Assembly: GCA_043818055.1 (NCBI GenBank)
Contig: JBDRGF010000075.1
Span: forward strand, 10,078 to 74,077
Source of the DNA: Pseudomonadota bacterium
GTDB lineage: Bacteria > UBA10199 > 2-02-FULL-44-16 > JBDRGF01
Length of the DNA: 64,000 nt
Direction: 5' to 3'
Positions 18,178 through 26,939 of this stretch are shown here, one piece after another; positions within the stretch are counted from its first letter, which is position 1, and the number at the start of each line of letters is the position of its first letter. The notes under the pieces were generated by a model. That model did not search any database. It was not told the DNA's origin and saw only the letters and a program-made list of their open reading frames with translations. A program made the translations under genes and the position numbers.

Positions 18178-19584
18178 ATGAACAAAGATTATACGATACT
18201 CTGTGTTGACGATGATGAGAATTTTCTTGTTCAGCTGGAGAGTATATTTGCGGATTACACAGTTTTCAAAGCGACATGCATGGATGATGCCCTGTCGATC
18301 ATAGACCGGAACGATATCAATACAGTTCTATTGGACATCAGCCTCAACGGCGAGGATGGTCTGGATGGGTTGAACCTGATTAAAAAAAGAAATTCGTTCA
18401 TCGATGTCGTGATGGTGACAGGCCATAGGGACACCGAATATATAGTGAAGGCGATTCAAAGCGGCGCGAGCGATTATGTGTTGAAGCCTGTGGATCAGGG
18501 AGCGTTGCTCGCGTGCGTGGAAAAATCGAAACAATCCAAAAAAGAAAAGGAAAAATATAATGCTCTGCTCTGTGAGTTGAATTCAGCGGATATCGCTTCG
18601 AGGATTGTCGGCAGGAGCGCGGAGCTCTCAAAAATTCTGAATATAGCAAAGAAGGTGAAGGGACATCACAGGGCAAACATCCTGATCGAAGGAGAGAGCG
18701 GCACGGGAAAGGAACTCCTGGCGCGCTACATCCACAGGCTTGAGGAGAATACAAGGCGACCGTTCATTGCGATCAATTGTGCTGCTATTCCGGACAATCT
18801 TATAGAATCAGAATTGTTTGGCCACGAAAAAGGAGCTTTTACCGGTGCGATTGGCAAGAAGATAGGGAAATTCGTTCTTGCTGACAAAGGTGATATCTTC
18901 CTTGATGAAATCAGTTCACTAAAACCTGATCTGCAGGCAAAATTATTGCGCGTGTTTCAGGAAAAGGAATTTTGTCCCCTTGGCGGCAACGATCCAGTGA
19001 AATCGGATTTCAGGGTGATCGCCGCGACCAATGAAAATCTGGAGGAGCTGGTGAATTCAGAAAAGTTCAGGCTCGATCTCTATCATCGCATGAAGATCGT
19101 CAATCTCTACATGCCTCCACTTCGCGACCGGAAGGATGATATAGAAGAGCTTGCTCAACATTTCCTCAGAAAATATTCAGATGGGAAAAGGGGTTTGAAA
19201 ATTGCAGATAAAGCAATCGCAATATTAAAGGAATATTCCTGGCCCGGAAATGTGAGAGAACTGGAAAATATAATACACCGGGCAATCGTCCTCGCTGAGG
19301 GCTATATGCTTTCGGAGAAGGATTTTTCGCATTTGCTAACCCCTTCCTCAGCCTGCATCAATGAAGGGCAGTCCACGCCCTTTATACAATTGTTTTCGGA
19401 GATATCGCCCAAACTCTCCGGCAATGTGATGCCGCTTAAGGATTATGTCATGAAGGCCGAGACCGAATATTTAAAAGAGGTGCTCGATCTCAAGGCCGGC
19501 AACAAAGACGAGGCAGCTGTTTCTCTCAAGATGAGCCGTTCGAGTTTTTATTCAAAATTGAAACAATGCGGTTTTTTAACATGA
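18178..19584 (+). CDS. NtrC-family sigma54-dependent response regulator (REC-AAA+-HTH)
   Basis: LCVDDD receiver, GESGTGKE, GAFTGA, FLDEI, WPGNVREL, C-terminal Fis-like HTH. Confidence 0.95.
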   Translation: MNKDYTILCVDDDENFLVQLESIFADYTVFKATCMDDALSIIDRNDINTVLLDISLNGEDGLDGLNLIKKRNSFIDVVMVTGHRDTEYIVKAIQSGASDYVLKPVDQGALLACVEKSKQSKKEKEKYNALLCELNSADIASRIVGRSAELSKILNIAKKVKGHHRANILIEGESGTGKELLARYIHRLEENTRRPFIAINCAAIPDNLIESELFGHEKGAFTGAIGKKIGKFVLADKGDIFLDEISSLKPDLQAKLLRVFQEKEFCPLGGNDPVKSDFRVIAATNENLEELVNSEKFRLDLYHRMKIVNLYMPPLRDRKDDIEELAQHFLRKYSDGKRGLKIADKAIAILKEYSWPGNVRELENIIHRAIVLAEGYMLSEKDFSHLLTPSSACINEGQSTPFIQLFSEISPKLSGNVMPLKDYVMKAETEYLKEVLDLKAGNKDEAAVSLKMSRSSFYSKLKQCGFLT

Positions 19585-19682
19585 ATTGATTATCTTTTAG
19601 TTTATCGCCACTTTTCGTTGCATTCCCTTTTACAGTTAGCTAAATGGAATTGATCACAATTTCAAAACATAGGAGGGCATCG

Positions 19683-20417
19683 ATGACTAACACCTTTGAT
19701 CATCTCTTTCTGATGGGGCGGCCTGCTGCTGGAAAATCCGAATTCATAGATTTCATGAAAAAAGTTACAGACGAGGAGAGGGCGAAGAAATTTCATATCG
19801 GCCATTTTACCGAGGTCGATGATTTCGTCTGGCTTTGGGAGAAGTTCATGGAGGATCACCTCTGGGAGGAGGTCGGTTGTGAGAGGCTCTATTCATTCAA
19901 TGAGGATGACAACCCGGGACTTAAGCCCGACAAGGGAAAGCTCTTCGATATGATGATAGCCAAGATCGATCATATAGTTCGTGATAATTTTTTATCGAAG
20001 GCCGATTTTTATTCTCAAAATACCCTGATAATCGAGTTCGCGAGGGGGATGGAAACGGGATATAAACATTCATTCGATCTTATCAAAAGTGATCTTTGGG
20101 ATAAAGCCGCGATTTTGTATGTTGAGGTCGATGGTGCGGAATCATGGAAGAGGAACGTCGCAAGGTACGAGGAGAAGCTCAAACATTCGATATTAGCCCA
20201 TATGGTTCCGAAAAAGACCTTCGATGCCTTTTATTCGCATGATGACTGGCACGATCTTACTGAGAATAAGAGGGAGGGTTATTTAAACCTGAAGGGAATT
20301 GAAGTCCCATTTGTTACGATGAACAACTGTCCGGAGTCGACAGATCCGGCTGTGTTAAGCCCCCGTTACGGTCAAGCGCTCGATAACCTCATGGAATTGA
20401 AGGAGAAACTAAAATAA
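19683..20417 (+). CDS. P-loop NTPase/kinase-like protein, paralog 1
   Basis: GRPAAGKS Walker A at the N-terminus; AGGAGG RBS. Confidence 0.7.
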   Translation: MTNTFDHLFLMGRPAAGKSEFIDFMKKVTDEERAKKFHIGHFTEVDDFVWLWEKFMEDHLWEEVGCERLYSFNEDDNPGLKPDKGKLFDMMIAKIDHIVRDNFLSKADFYSQNTLIIEFARGMETGYKHSFDLIKSDLWDKAAILYVEVDGAESWKRNVARYEEKLKHSILAHMVPKKTFDAFYSHDDWHDLTENKREGYLNLKGIEVPFVTMNNCPESTDPAVLSPRYGQALDNLMELKEKLK

Positions 20418-20440
20418 TCAGCTGAAGGGAGTCTTTCGGG

Positions 20441-21163
20441 ATGAAATATTTTAAAAATCTTTTTGTTTTAGGCCGTCCTGCCTGTGGAAAATCAGAATTT
20501 CTGGATTTTATGCGAAATAAGATCTCGGATGATGAGAGGCAGGATATCTATCACATAGGAAAAATGAAGGTGATGGATGATTTCGTGTGGCTCTGGGAAA
20601 AATTCGAAGACGACGATATCTGGGAAAAGGTCACGGGGAAAAGATTTCATTCCAACAGAGATGGACATCTATATAATGCGAGGAGCGCGATTCTATATAA
20701 TTTTTTGACCGAGCGTTTGAGCGAAGAGGTAAAAAAGAATTTAAAAGATCAGGAGTTTTATAATTCAGGGACGTTGTTGATCGAATTCTCAAGGGGAGGA
20801 GAATGTTCTTATAAGGATGCCCTCAATCGCTTTGACCCCGAGGTGCTTAAAAGTTCTGCGATATTGTATATGGAGGTGGATGGGGCCGAGTCGTGGAGGA
20901 GAAATGAGGCGCGTTATCAGGAAAAGTTAAAACACTCGATTCTGGCCCACAAAGTTCCGAGAGAGACCTTCGATACATTTTATTCCTTTGATGACTGGGA
21001 TGCGCTCACTGGAAAAAAACGCGATGGTGAGCTTGATCTTCAGGGGGTCAGAGTTCCATTTGTTACGATGAATAACACCCCCGAATCAACTGATCCAGGT
21101 GTTTTAGCGCCAAGATATGGCGATGCCCTGAACCGCCTGATGGATGTTTTCAACAAGAGATAA
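20441..21163 (+). CDS. P-loop NTPase/kinase-like protein, paralog 2
   Basis: GRPACGKS; shares DDFVWLW, IEFxRG and RYxEKLKHS with its neighbours. Confidence 0.7.
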   Translation: MKYFKNLFVLGRPACGKSEFLDFMRNKISDDERQDIYHIGKMKVMDDFVWLWEKFEDDDIWEKVTGKRFHSNRDGHLYNARSAILYNFLTERLSEEVKKNLKDQEFYNSGTLLIEFSRGGECSYKDALNRFDPEVLKSSAILYMEVDGAESWRRNEARYQEKLKHSILAHKVPRETFDTFYSFDDWDALTGKKRDGELDLQGVRVPFVTMNNTPESTDPGVLAPRYGDALNRLMDVFNKR

Positions 21164-21185
21164 TCAACGAAAGGAAATTTCAACC

Positions 21186-21914
21186 ATGAACCATTTTAAA
21201 AATCTCTTCGTTCTTGGAAAACCCGCCTGCGGCAAATCTGAATTGTTGGATTTTATGACGAATAAGATCAGCTCAGAGGAGAGGTCTAAGATCTATCATA
21301 TCGGAGAGATGAAAGTTATGGATGATTTTGTCTGGCTTTGGCAAAAATTTATCGAGGATAATCTCTGGGAGCGTTTGATCGGAAAGAGATTTCATTCAAA
21401 AAGGAGCGGAAATTTGCACATAGTCGATGACGCTTCTCTATATGATTTCATGATTGAAAAGCTGAATATTGAGGCGAAAAAACTTCTTAAGAATGATGGT
21501 TTTTATGACGAACACACCCTCTTGATAGAGTTTGCCCGTGGAGGAGAGAAGCCCTATCTTCCTGCCATGAACCGATTCGATTCGGAAGTGCTGAAGTCAT
21601 CTGTGATACTCTATGTAGATGTCTCCGCTGAGGAGTCGAGGCGAAGGAATGAAGCTCGTTATCAGGAGAAGCTTAAACACTCTGTGCTATCACATAAATG
21701 TCCCGATGAGGATATGGAGCGCTTTTATCAGTCAGATGACTGGGCCGCGATAACAGGAGGTAAGGTTGATGGCTTCTTGAAACTTAATGGTGTCGATGTT
21801 CCTTTTGTCACCATGAACAATGAACCTGAGAGTAAAGATCCTGTCATATTAGGCCCAAGATATAAAAAGGCATTGGATCTCCTCTATGAGCTTTATCAAA
21901 AAAATACCCTCTGA
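21186..21914 (+). CDS. P-loop NTPase/kinase-like protein, paralog 3
   Basis: GKPACGKS; same motifs as paralogs 1 and 2. Confidence 0.7.
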   Translation: MNHFKNLFVLGKPACGKSELLDFMTNKISSEERSKIYHIGEMKVMDDFVWLWQKFIEDNLWERLIGKRFHSKRSGNLHIVDDASLYDFMIEKLNIEAKKLLKNDGFYDEHTLLIEFARGGEKPYLPAMNRFDSEVLKSSVILYVDVSAEESRRRNEARYQEKLKHSVLSHKCPDEDMERFYQSDDWAAITGGKVDGFLKLNGVDVPFVTMNNEPESKDPVILGPRYKKALDLLYELYQKNTL

Positions 21915-22123
21915 TTGCTATTTTTTTTCAAAATTCATTTATATCTCTTGCTTAAAGGATATTTTTTTCCTATAGAGTCACCAGTTGTGTTGGGGGAAAA
22001 CACCACAACTATTCATAAAAATATAATAAAAATGTCCTTTAAACCTTTACATTTAGAGCGTTTCCTATTAATAATTTCTTCTTATAGAGCTATAAGAATT
22101 TATAACCTTACCCTGGAGGATCT

Positions 22124-23281
22124 ATGAGTTTAAAAGCCTATCTCAATAAAAAAGTTGCTGCCTGTGGCATAGCAGCGCTTTGCTTCGGCTATTTTGCCTC
22201 TTATGTTCCCTATTCGATGATGACCAAGATGGTAACCAAGGGTCTTTTCACAGGGATGGACGGGACAGGTTATTCAGGCTTTGCGATTCAACCCATCGCA
22301 GTTTTGGGAAGCTTTGTTGCGATGTATTTGTTCATAACGCTGAAGGGCTGGTGGAAGTTTGCGACTCAGTGGAAAGTGGGAGGTATTTCGTTGCCGCGTC
22401 CGAGGTGGTTCACCTTTTTGTCAGGGCTTTGCACGGCAGGTATCATAGTTACAACAACCTTATCTTATTCATTCAGCGGAATAAGCATAGTTTTCGCGAT
22501 GCTTCTGATGCGTGGTGGCGTGTTGATCATAGCCCCCGTCGTAGATCTGTTTTCCAGGAGAAAGAGAAAAATCTATTGGCCGTCGCTCGTGGCATCCTTT
22601 CTCAGCGTCGGCGCTTTGCTCGTTGCCTTCTCTGGAAACGCAGGAACTGCTATGACAACCGTTGCAGCGATCGACATCGCATGTTATTTGGGATGCTACT
22701 TTTTAAGGCTCACATTCATGAGCAACAAGGCCAAGTCGAACGACATCGCGGAGAAGAGAAGATTTTTCACCGAGGAGCAGATGGTGGCGAACCCTGTTTT
22801 GTTAGTAGCGCTTTTAATCGTTGGATTGATCGGCTCGACGATGAGTCCGGATTCTATGCCGGGACTTATCTGGACTGGCTTTTCCAAAGTGCCTTTTGAA
22901 GGTTTCTTCTTCACGGTATTACTTATCGGCATATTCTCATACGGGACGGGTCTCTTTGGCAGTCTGATATTCCTCGATAAACGCGAACACACGTTCTGTG
23001 CCCCTGCAAATAGATGCTCAAGCATCGTTTCCGGAGTGATCGCCACATACCTTTTGGCCATCTTTTATGGTCAGAAATATCCCAGCACACTTCAGATCAT
23101 AGGTGTTGCCCTGATCATCGGTGCTATTCTCTTCTTGATGTATCGAGCTGTGATGGAGAGGAGAAGAAAGGGTGCGGCATCGTGTATCACATGCACGCCA
23201 GATACACCTGAGATCACAGAAGAGAGCGAAGAGGAGACGACAGAGGGCGGAAAGTTGCTATGTGATCCTCTGAAGGCTTGA
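22124..23281 (+). CDS. Polytopic membrane protein (~10 TM, DMT-like)
   Basis: Ten hydrophobic segments, GGAGG RBS, acidic tail with CxxC. Confidence 0.6.
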   Translation: MSLKAYLNKKVAACGIAALCFGYFASYVPYSMMTKMVTKGLFTGMDGTGYSGFAIQPIAVLGSFVAMYLFITLKGWWKFATQWKVGGISLPRPRWFTFLSGLCTAGIIVTTTLSYSFSGISIVFAMLLMRGGVLIIAPVVDLFSRRKRKIYWPSLVASFLSVGALLVAFSGNAGTAMTTVAAIDIACYLGCYFLRLTFMSNKAKSNDIAEKRRFFTEEQMVANPVLLVALLIVGLIGSTMSPDSMPGLIWTGFSKVPFEGFFFTVLLIGIFSYGTGLFGSLIFLDKREHTFCAPANRCSSIVSGVIATYLLAIFYGQKYPSTLQIIGVALIIGAILFLMYRAVMERRRKGAASCITCTPDTPEITEESEEETTEGGKLLCDPLKA

Positions 23282-23304
23282 TAAGATTTTGATGATTTTT
23301 TATT

Positions 23305-23338
23305 GCGGCCGGTGTTATAAAGACACCGGCCGTTTTTT
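23305..23338 (+). terminator. Rho-independent terminator
   Basis: GCGGCCGGTGT / ACACCGGCCGT stem followed by a T-run. Confidence 0.8.
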
Positions 23339-23349
23339 ATGTGCGCCCG

Positions 23350-23636
23350 GTAGGGCTCATCGATTTGGTGAAAAGAAGCGTAAGGGAGTGTATGTAAAAG
23401 TTGGAGCGTTGACCTTTCTTGGTGGATGGGATGTCGATGATGATGTTAAAGGTTTTCGCGCCAGCCCATTGGTTGTTCCTCAATTTTATCTCGGATATCA
23501 GGCTATGATGGGCGATAGATCGTCATTTGCTGTTGAGGTAGGAGCAAAAACCCTTTCATTATATACCGATAAGAGTGATGGCTGGTTTGGTGTTGCAATC
23601 CCTGTGGGCAAGGTCTCGTTTAGCTATAGCTTCTAA
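23350..23636 (+). pseudogene. Probable C-terminal remnant of an outer-membrane beta-barrel protein
   Basis: Alternating beta-strand pattern ending VSFSYSF; no credible start (ORF-track start lies upstream of a terminator). Confidence 0.4.
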
Positions 23637-24400
23637 AAATCAAAATCATCGAGACTTGGAATCCCCTCATCTACGATAACCGGTTCTTCGCGCTTTGGAG
23701 TTGGTCTTGGGCGGGCGCGCCTTGGGGCAGGTTTTGAAAAGCCGTGTCTGTATAGTGGCAGATCGTCGCTGTTTCCTTCGACAACATTTATTCTATGGCC
23801 GCTTTGAGCTTCCCATTTTTTTAGTCCCTTTTCGAGCAACGGTTGATTGAGCGACCAGAGAAGGTTGTGTTCCCCCTGAAGCTTTTGCTCTGAGAAGAGG
23901 CGATAGCTGATGGAGAAGGTCTGAAATCCGGTTTCGTCAGGGCCACCCCATATGATGAAGCTCGCCGGCTCCTGAATCTGAATCCTGATCGGGTTGTCCG
24001 GATCAGATTCCGTTCGCAGAAAACCTACGATATTGAGATTGAGTCGAGACACCCAGAGTGGCTGTTTTAGCTTTTTCAAAACAAGCATGAACTCGTCGAG
24101 GAATGTCATCTGGTTGAGGTTGTCGCGTGTGATCTGTTCGGAGGCATTATATGCGGTGACCTCGAGGTTATCCGGCACGACAAGGCCAAACATAGCGCGC
24201 AGGAAATTGAATACCTGCTCAAAGAACCAGACATTCGATTCATCCTTGGACATTCTTGTGAAATCGACACCGGAATCAAATCCCCATGTGCCGACTATAT
24301 GGCCCTTTTTTTTCGCCTGCTCCAGATAGTCATCAAGTCCGGTCGGAACCCTGATCCGGGATCGTGATGAAGGCTTTGGTCTTGGTCGTCTTCTGATCAT
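23633..24400 (-). CDS. Hypothetical protein with Arg/Pro-rich termini
   Basis: 255 aa ORF, protein-like composition, no recognised motif. Confidence 0.6.
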   Translation of the reverse strand: MIRRRPRPKPSSRSRIRVPTGLDDYLEQAKKKGHIVGTWGFDSGVDFTRMSKDESNVWFFEQVFNFLRAMFGLVVPDNLEVTAYNASEQITRDNLNQMTFLDEFMLVLKKLKQPLWVSRLNLNIVGFLRTESDPDNPIRIQIQEPASFIIWGGPDETGFQTFSISYRLFSEQKLQGEHNLLWSLNQPLLEKGLKKWEAQSGHRINVVEGNSDDLPLYRHGFSKPAPRRARPRPTPKREEPVIVDEGIPSLDDFDF

Positions 24401-24454
24401 AATCGGTGCTCAGTATATAGTAAGTGACGTGTGGTGAAAAGGGTAAAAAGGGCT

Positions 24455-24536
24455 AAAAGCGCATGTGGCATGTAGCATGTGGGCAAAAGCTTGTTTAATG
24501 AGCATTTTCCACATACTACATGCCACATGCGCTTTT
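24455..24536. repeat. Palindrome with heptamer (CATGTGG) arms
   Basis: 28-bp arms, 1 mismatch: AAAAGCGCATGTGGCATGTAGCATGTGG / CCACATACTACATGCCACATGCGCTTTT. Confidence 0.8.
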
Positions 24537-24541
24537 TGCTT

Positions 24542-25018
24542 CTACAATTCCAAATCCTCTTCCCGTTTTTTGATTCTTGAGATGAATTGGGATGTCTCTT
24601 TGATCTGGCTTAGCTCGTCCACGAGATTGGGTTCCGAGAATATTGAGGATATCTGTGATAAGAATTTAAGATGCTCAGCAAAGGCCTTCTCATTCGCAGG
24701 TGAAAAGAAGAGACAAAATATTTTTGCCTTAGAATTGCCAGACTCCGATCGATCGCTTATTCCATTTGGCGCAACTCCGATGATCAAACTTAAATCTTTT
24801 ACAAGATCGCTTCTTGCATGAGGGAGGGCAAGGCCGTTGGGTAAAAAAGTTGAGGCCAGCGACTCCCTGCTCCTGAGCTCATCGAAAAGCGCTTTTGGGT
24901 TTGTGATGTGATATGTACTCGCGAATTTATTTACCAGCTCCTGCAAAACTCCATCTTTTGTTGTGGAGATCATTGGTAGAATTATCGCATCAGGTTTTAG
25001 CCTTTCTGTGAAGTTCAT
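24542..25018 (-). CDS. PTS EIIA component (PtsN/fructose-type)
   Basis: RESLASTFLPNGLALPHAR with phosphorylatable His. Confidence 0.85.
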   Translation of the reverse strand: MNFTERLKPDAIILPMISTTKDGVLQELVNKFASTYHITNPKALFDELRSRESLASTFLPNGLALPHARSDLVKDLSLIIGVAPNGISDRSESGNSKAKIFCLFFSPANEKAFAEHLKFLSQISSIFSEPNLVDELSQIKETSQFISRIKKREEDLEL

Positions 25019-25053
25019 AGTCTGATGCGCGTATCACGCTTTCGCCTTCATTG

Positions 25054-25971
25054 TCAACTTGACGCTTCCGATTCGCGTATTGGATTTGTTTGCACAGTTA
25101 TAGTTGGATTAATTTTGTGCTCAATAGTCAGTTTTGCGAAAGAGGCAGAAATTATGAGAAGCGAGATGCCTATCCACATTATCACAGGTACAGACTCTTT
25201 CAGAATCAGAACAGAGAGGAGAGCTGCTATAGGGGCTTTGAGATTGGAGATGAGGCCGGGATAAAGAGCTCCCAGTTTATTGACGCTTCTGTTCCAGAAC
25301 CAAAATCCTATACCTGTGGCGACTACACTCAAGTATATAAGTATCGCAAAGCGTTCAGTTGAAATCCTATTCGGTGCGCCGACGACCAGAATACTTGCTA
25401 TCATGCTCATAATGCCGGCAACGATTTGTGCTGAGCCTGTGACGAATATATTGCTCGAATTCATTCTCGATCTCAAAATCACATTTGCGAAGGCGAACGA
25501 TGTGTTGCTTATTATGATGCAGATAAATCCGATGATCTGATTATATTTATCCGCTGAGTGCGATGCCGATTTATCATAGAGGACTACAGCGCCTAACGTT
25601 GCAAAGATAAATGGAATTAAAATTTTTAACAGAGGCATCTTTCTTTTGAATATTGAATCGAGTATCAGAACGATCACTGGCGTTGTGAGTGTAAGGGCCG
25701 CCACTTTTGATGCTGGGAGATATTTGATGGAGGTGAGATAGAAGAAATAGACCAGAAAAAATTCGAATATGGCGAGGAAGATAATCAACCTGACAGATTC
25801 AATCTTTAATTTTCTCTTTTCCCCTTTGAACAAGAAAAATAAAAAGAGGGCCAGCCCCCCCAATAAAAATCTAAAGGTTGTGATCCATAACGGATCAAGC
25901 TCTGCTACTAAAAAACGAGCGAGCGGAAAGGAGAGACCCCAACATAATGTGACAAGCCATATTTCTATCAT
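25054..25971 (-). CDS. EamA/DMT family transporter
   Basis: WGLSF, RFLLGG, two EamA repeats. Confidence 0.85.
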   Translation of the reverse strand: MIEIWLVTLCWGLSFPLARFLVAELDPLWITTFRFLLGGLALFLFFLFKGEKRKLKIESVRLIIFLAIFEFFLVYFFYLTSIKYLPASKVAALTLTTPVIVLILDSIFKRKMPLLKILIPFIFATLGAVVLYDKSASHSADKYNQIIGFICIIISNTSFAFANVILRSRMNSSNIFVTGSAQIVAGIMSMIASILVVGAPNRISTERFAILIYLSVVATGIGFWFWNRSVNKLGALYPGLISNLKAPIAALLSVLILKESVPVIMWIGISLLIISASFAKLTIEHKINPTITVQTNPIRESEASS

Positions 25972-25978
25972 AAATTTA

Positions 25979-26899
25979 TTAACTCTCCGACCTCAGATAT
26001 TTTATCATTCGCGACTTGGCAATTGAAAAGATCAGTGGCATTTCGGTCAAAATAACGCCGCTCATTATGAAGCAGGCTCCAATGAAAGCGAGCTTTGTCA
26101 TGATCTCGCCTCCCCACCACCATCCGAAGAGGGCTCCAAAGACTGCTTCCATTCCGAAGATGATGCCAGCCCTCGTAGGACTGATCATCCTCTGAGCAGT
26201 AGTTTGAATGAGGAAGGCAAGAGATGTGGCGAATATCCCGGTGATTATTATTGTAATAACCGCGATTTTAGAGAGATGAAGGCTGGGAACTCCCTTGATG
26301 AAACTTAGGATGCCAAACATCAGCGCAGCGAAGAATAGCTGAAACATCACGATCGGTACGATATCATGACGATGCGCCATCCGCTTGGTGAGGATGATGT
26401 GCCATGAGAAAGCGAATGCGCAGATAAGTGTTATGTAGTCTCCTACGTTGATGCCCTGTACGCCATGATAGGTCAAAAGATAGAGACCAAAAAATGAGAT
26501 CATCACTCCGATAATAGCTGGTCTGGTTATCTCTTCTCTCCCTTTTTTTGAGAGGGCTGAGAGCAGAGGAATAAGGATGATATAGAGTCCTGTTATGAAT
26601 GCGGAGTTTCCAGCTGTTGTATATTTCAATCCTTCAGTCTGGGCGAGATATCCTATTGAGAGATAGATGCTTAAATTTAATGATGCTGTGATCTCGGATT
26701 TTTTTGCCTTAAGAATTCGTTTTCTGAAGATGATGGCCAGAAACAAAAAGGCGACTAAAAATCTCAAAAAGAGAAAATAATAAGCGTCAATCTCGGTGAT
26801 CGTCCACTTCACGAGAGTGAAGGATGCCCCCCAAATAATCGTGTCGGCGACGAGCCCGATCATAGCCAAAGCCTGAATTTTGGGAGAGTAGGTTTTCAT
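25979..26899 (-). CDS. EamA/DMT family transporter
   Basis: IWGASF, RFLVA, GLKYTTAGNSAFI, EAVFGA. Confidence 0.88.
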   Translation of the reverse strand: MKTYSPKIQALAMIGLVADTIIWGASFTLVKWTITEIDAYYFLFLRFLVAFLFLAIIFRKRILKAKKSEITASLNLSIYLSIGYLAQTEGLKYTTAGNSAFITGLYIILIPLLSALSKKGREEITRPAIIGVMISFFGLYLLTYHGVQGINVGDYITLICAFAFSWHIILTKRMAHRHDIVPIVMFQLFFAALMFGILSFIKGVPSLHLSKIAVITIIITGIFATSLAFLIQTTAQRMISPTRAGIIFGMEAVFGALFGWWWGGEIMTKLAFIGACFIMSGVILTEMPLIFSIAKSRMIKYLRSES

Positions 26900-26939
26900 G
26901 CTGTGTGGGGTAATAGTAATAAATCGCAGGGCTGGCAAG

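Noticed and set aside
22180..22899. 239 aa alternative-frame ORF and other overlapping or antisense ORFs (e.g. 37046-37747, 42993-43565)
   Set aside because: Lie wholly within well-supported genes and show no motifs.
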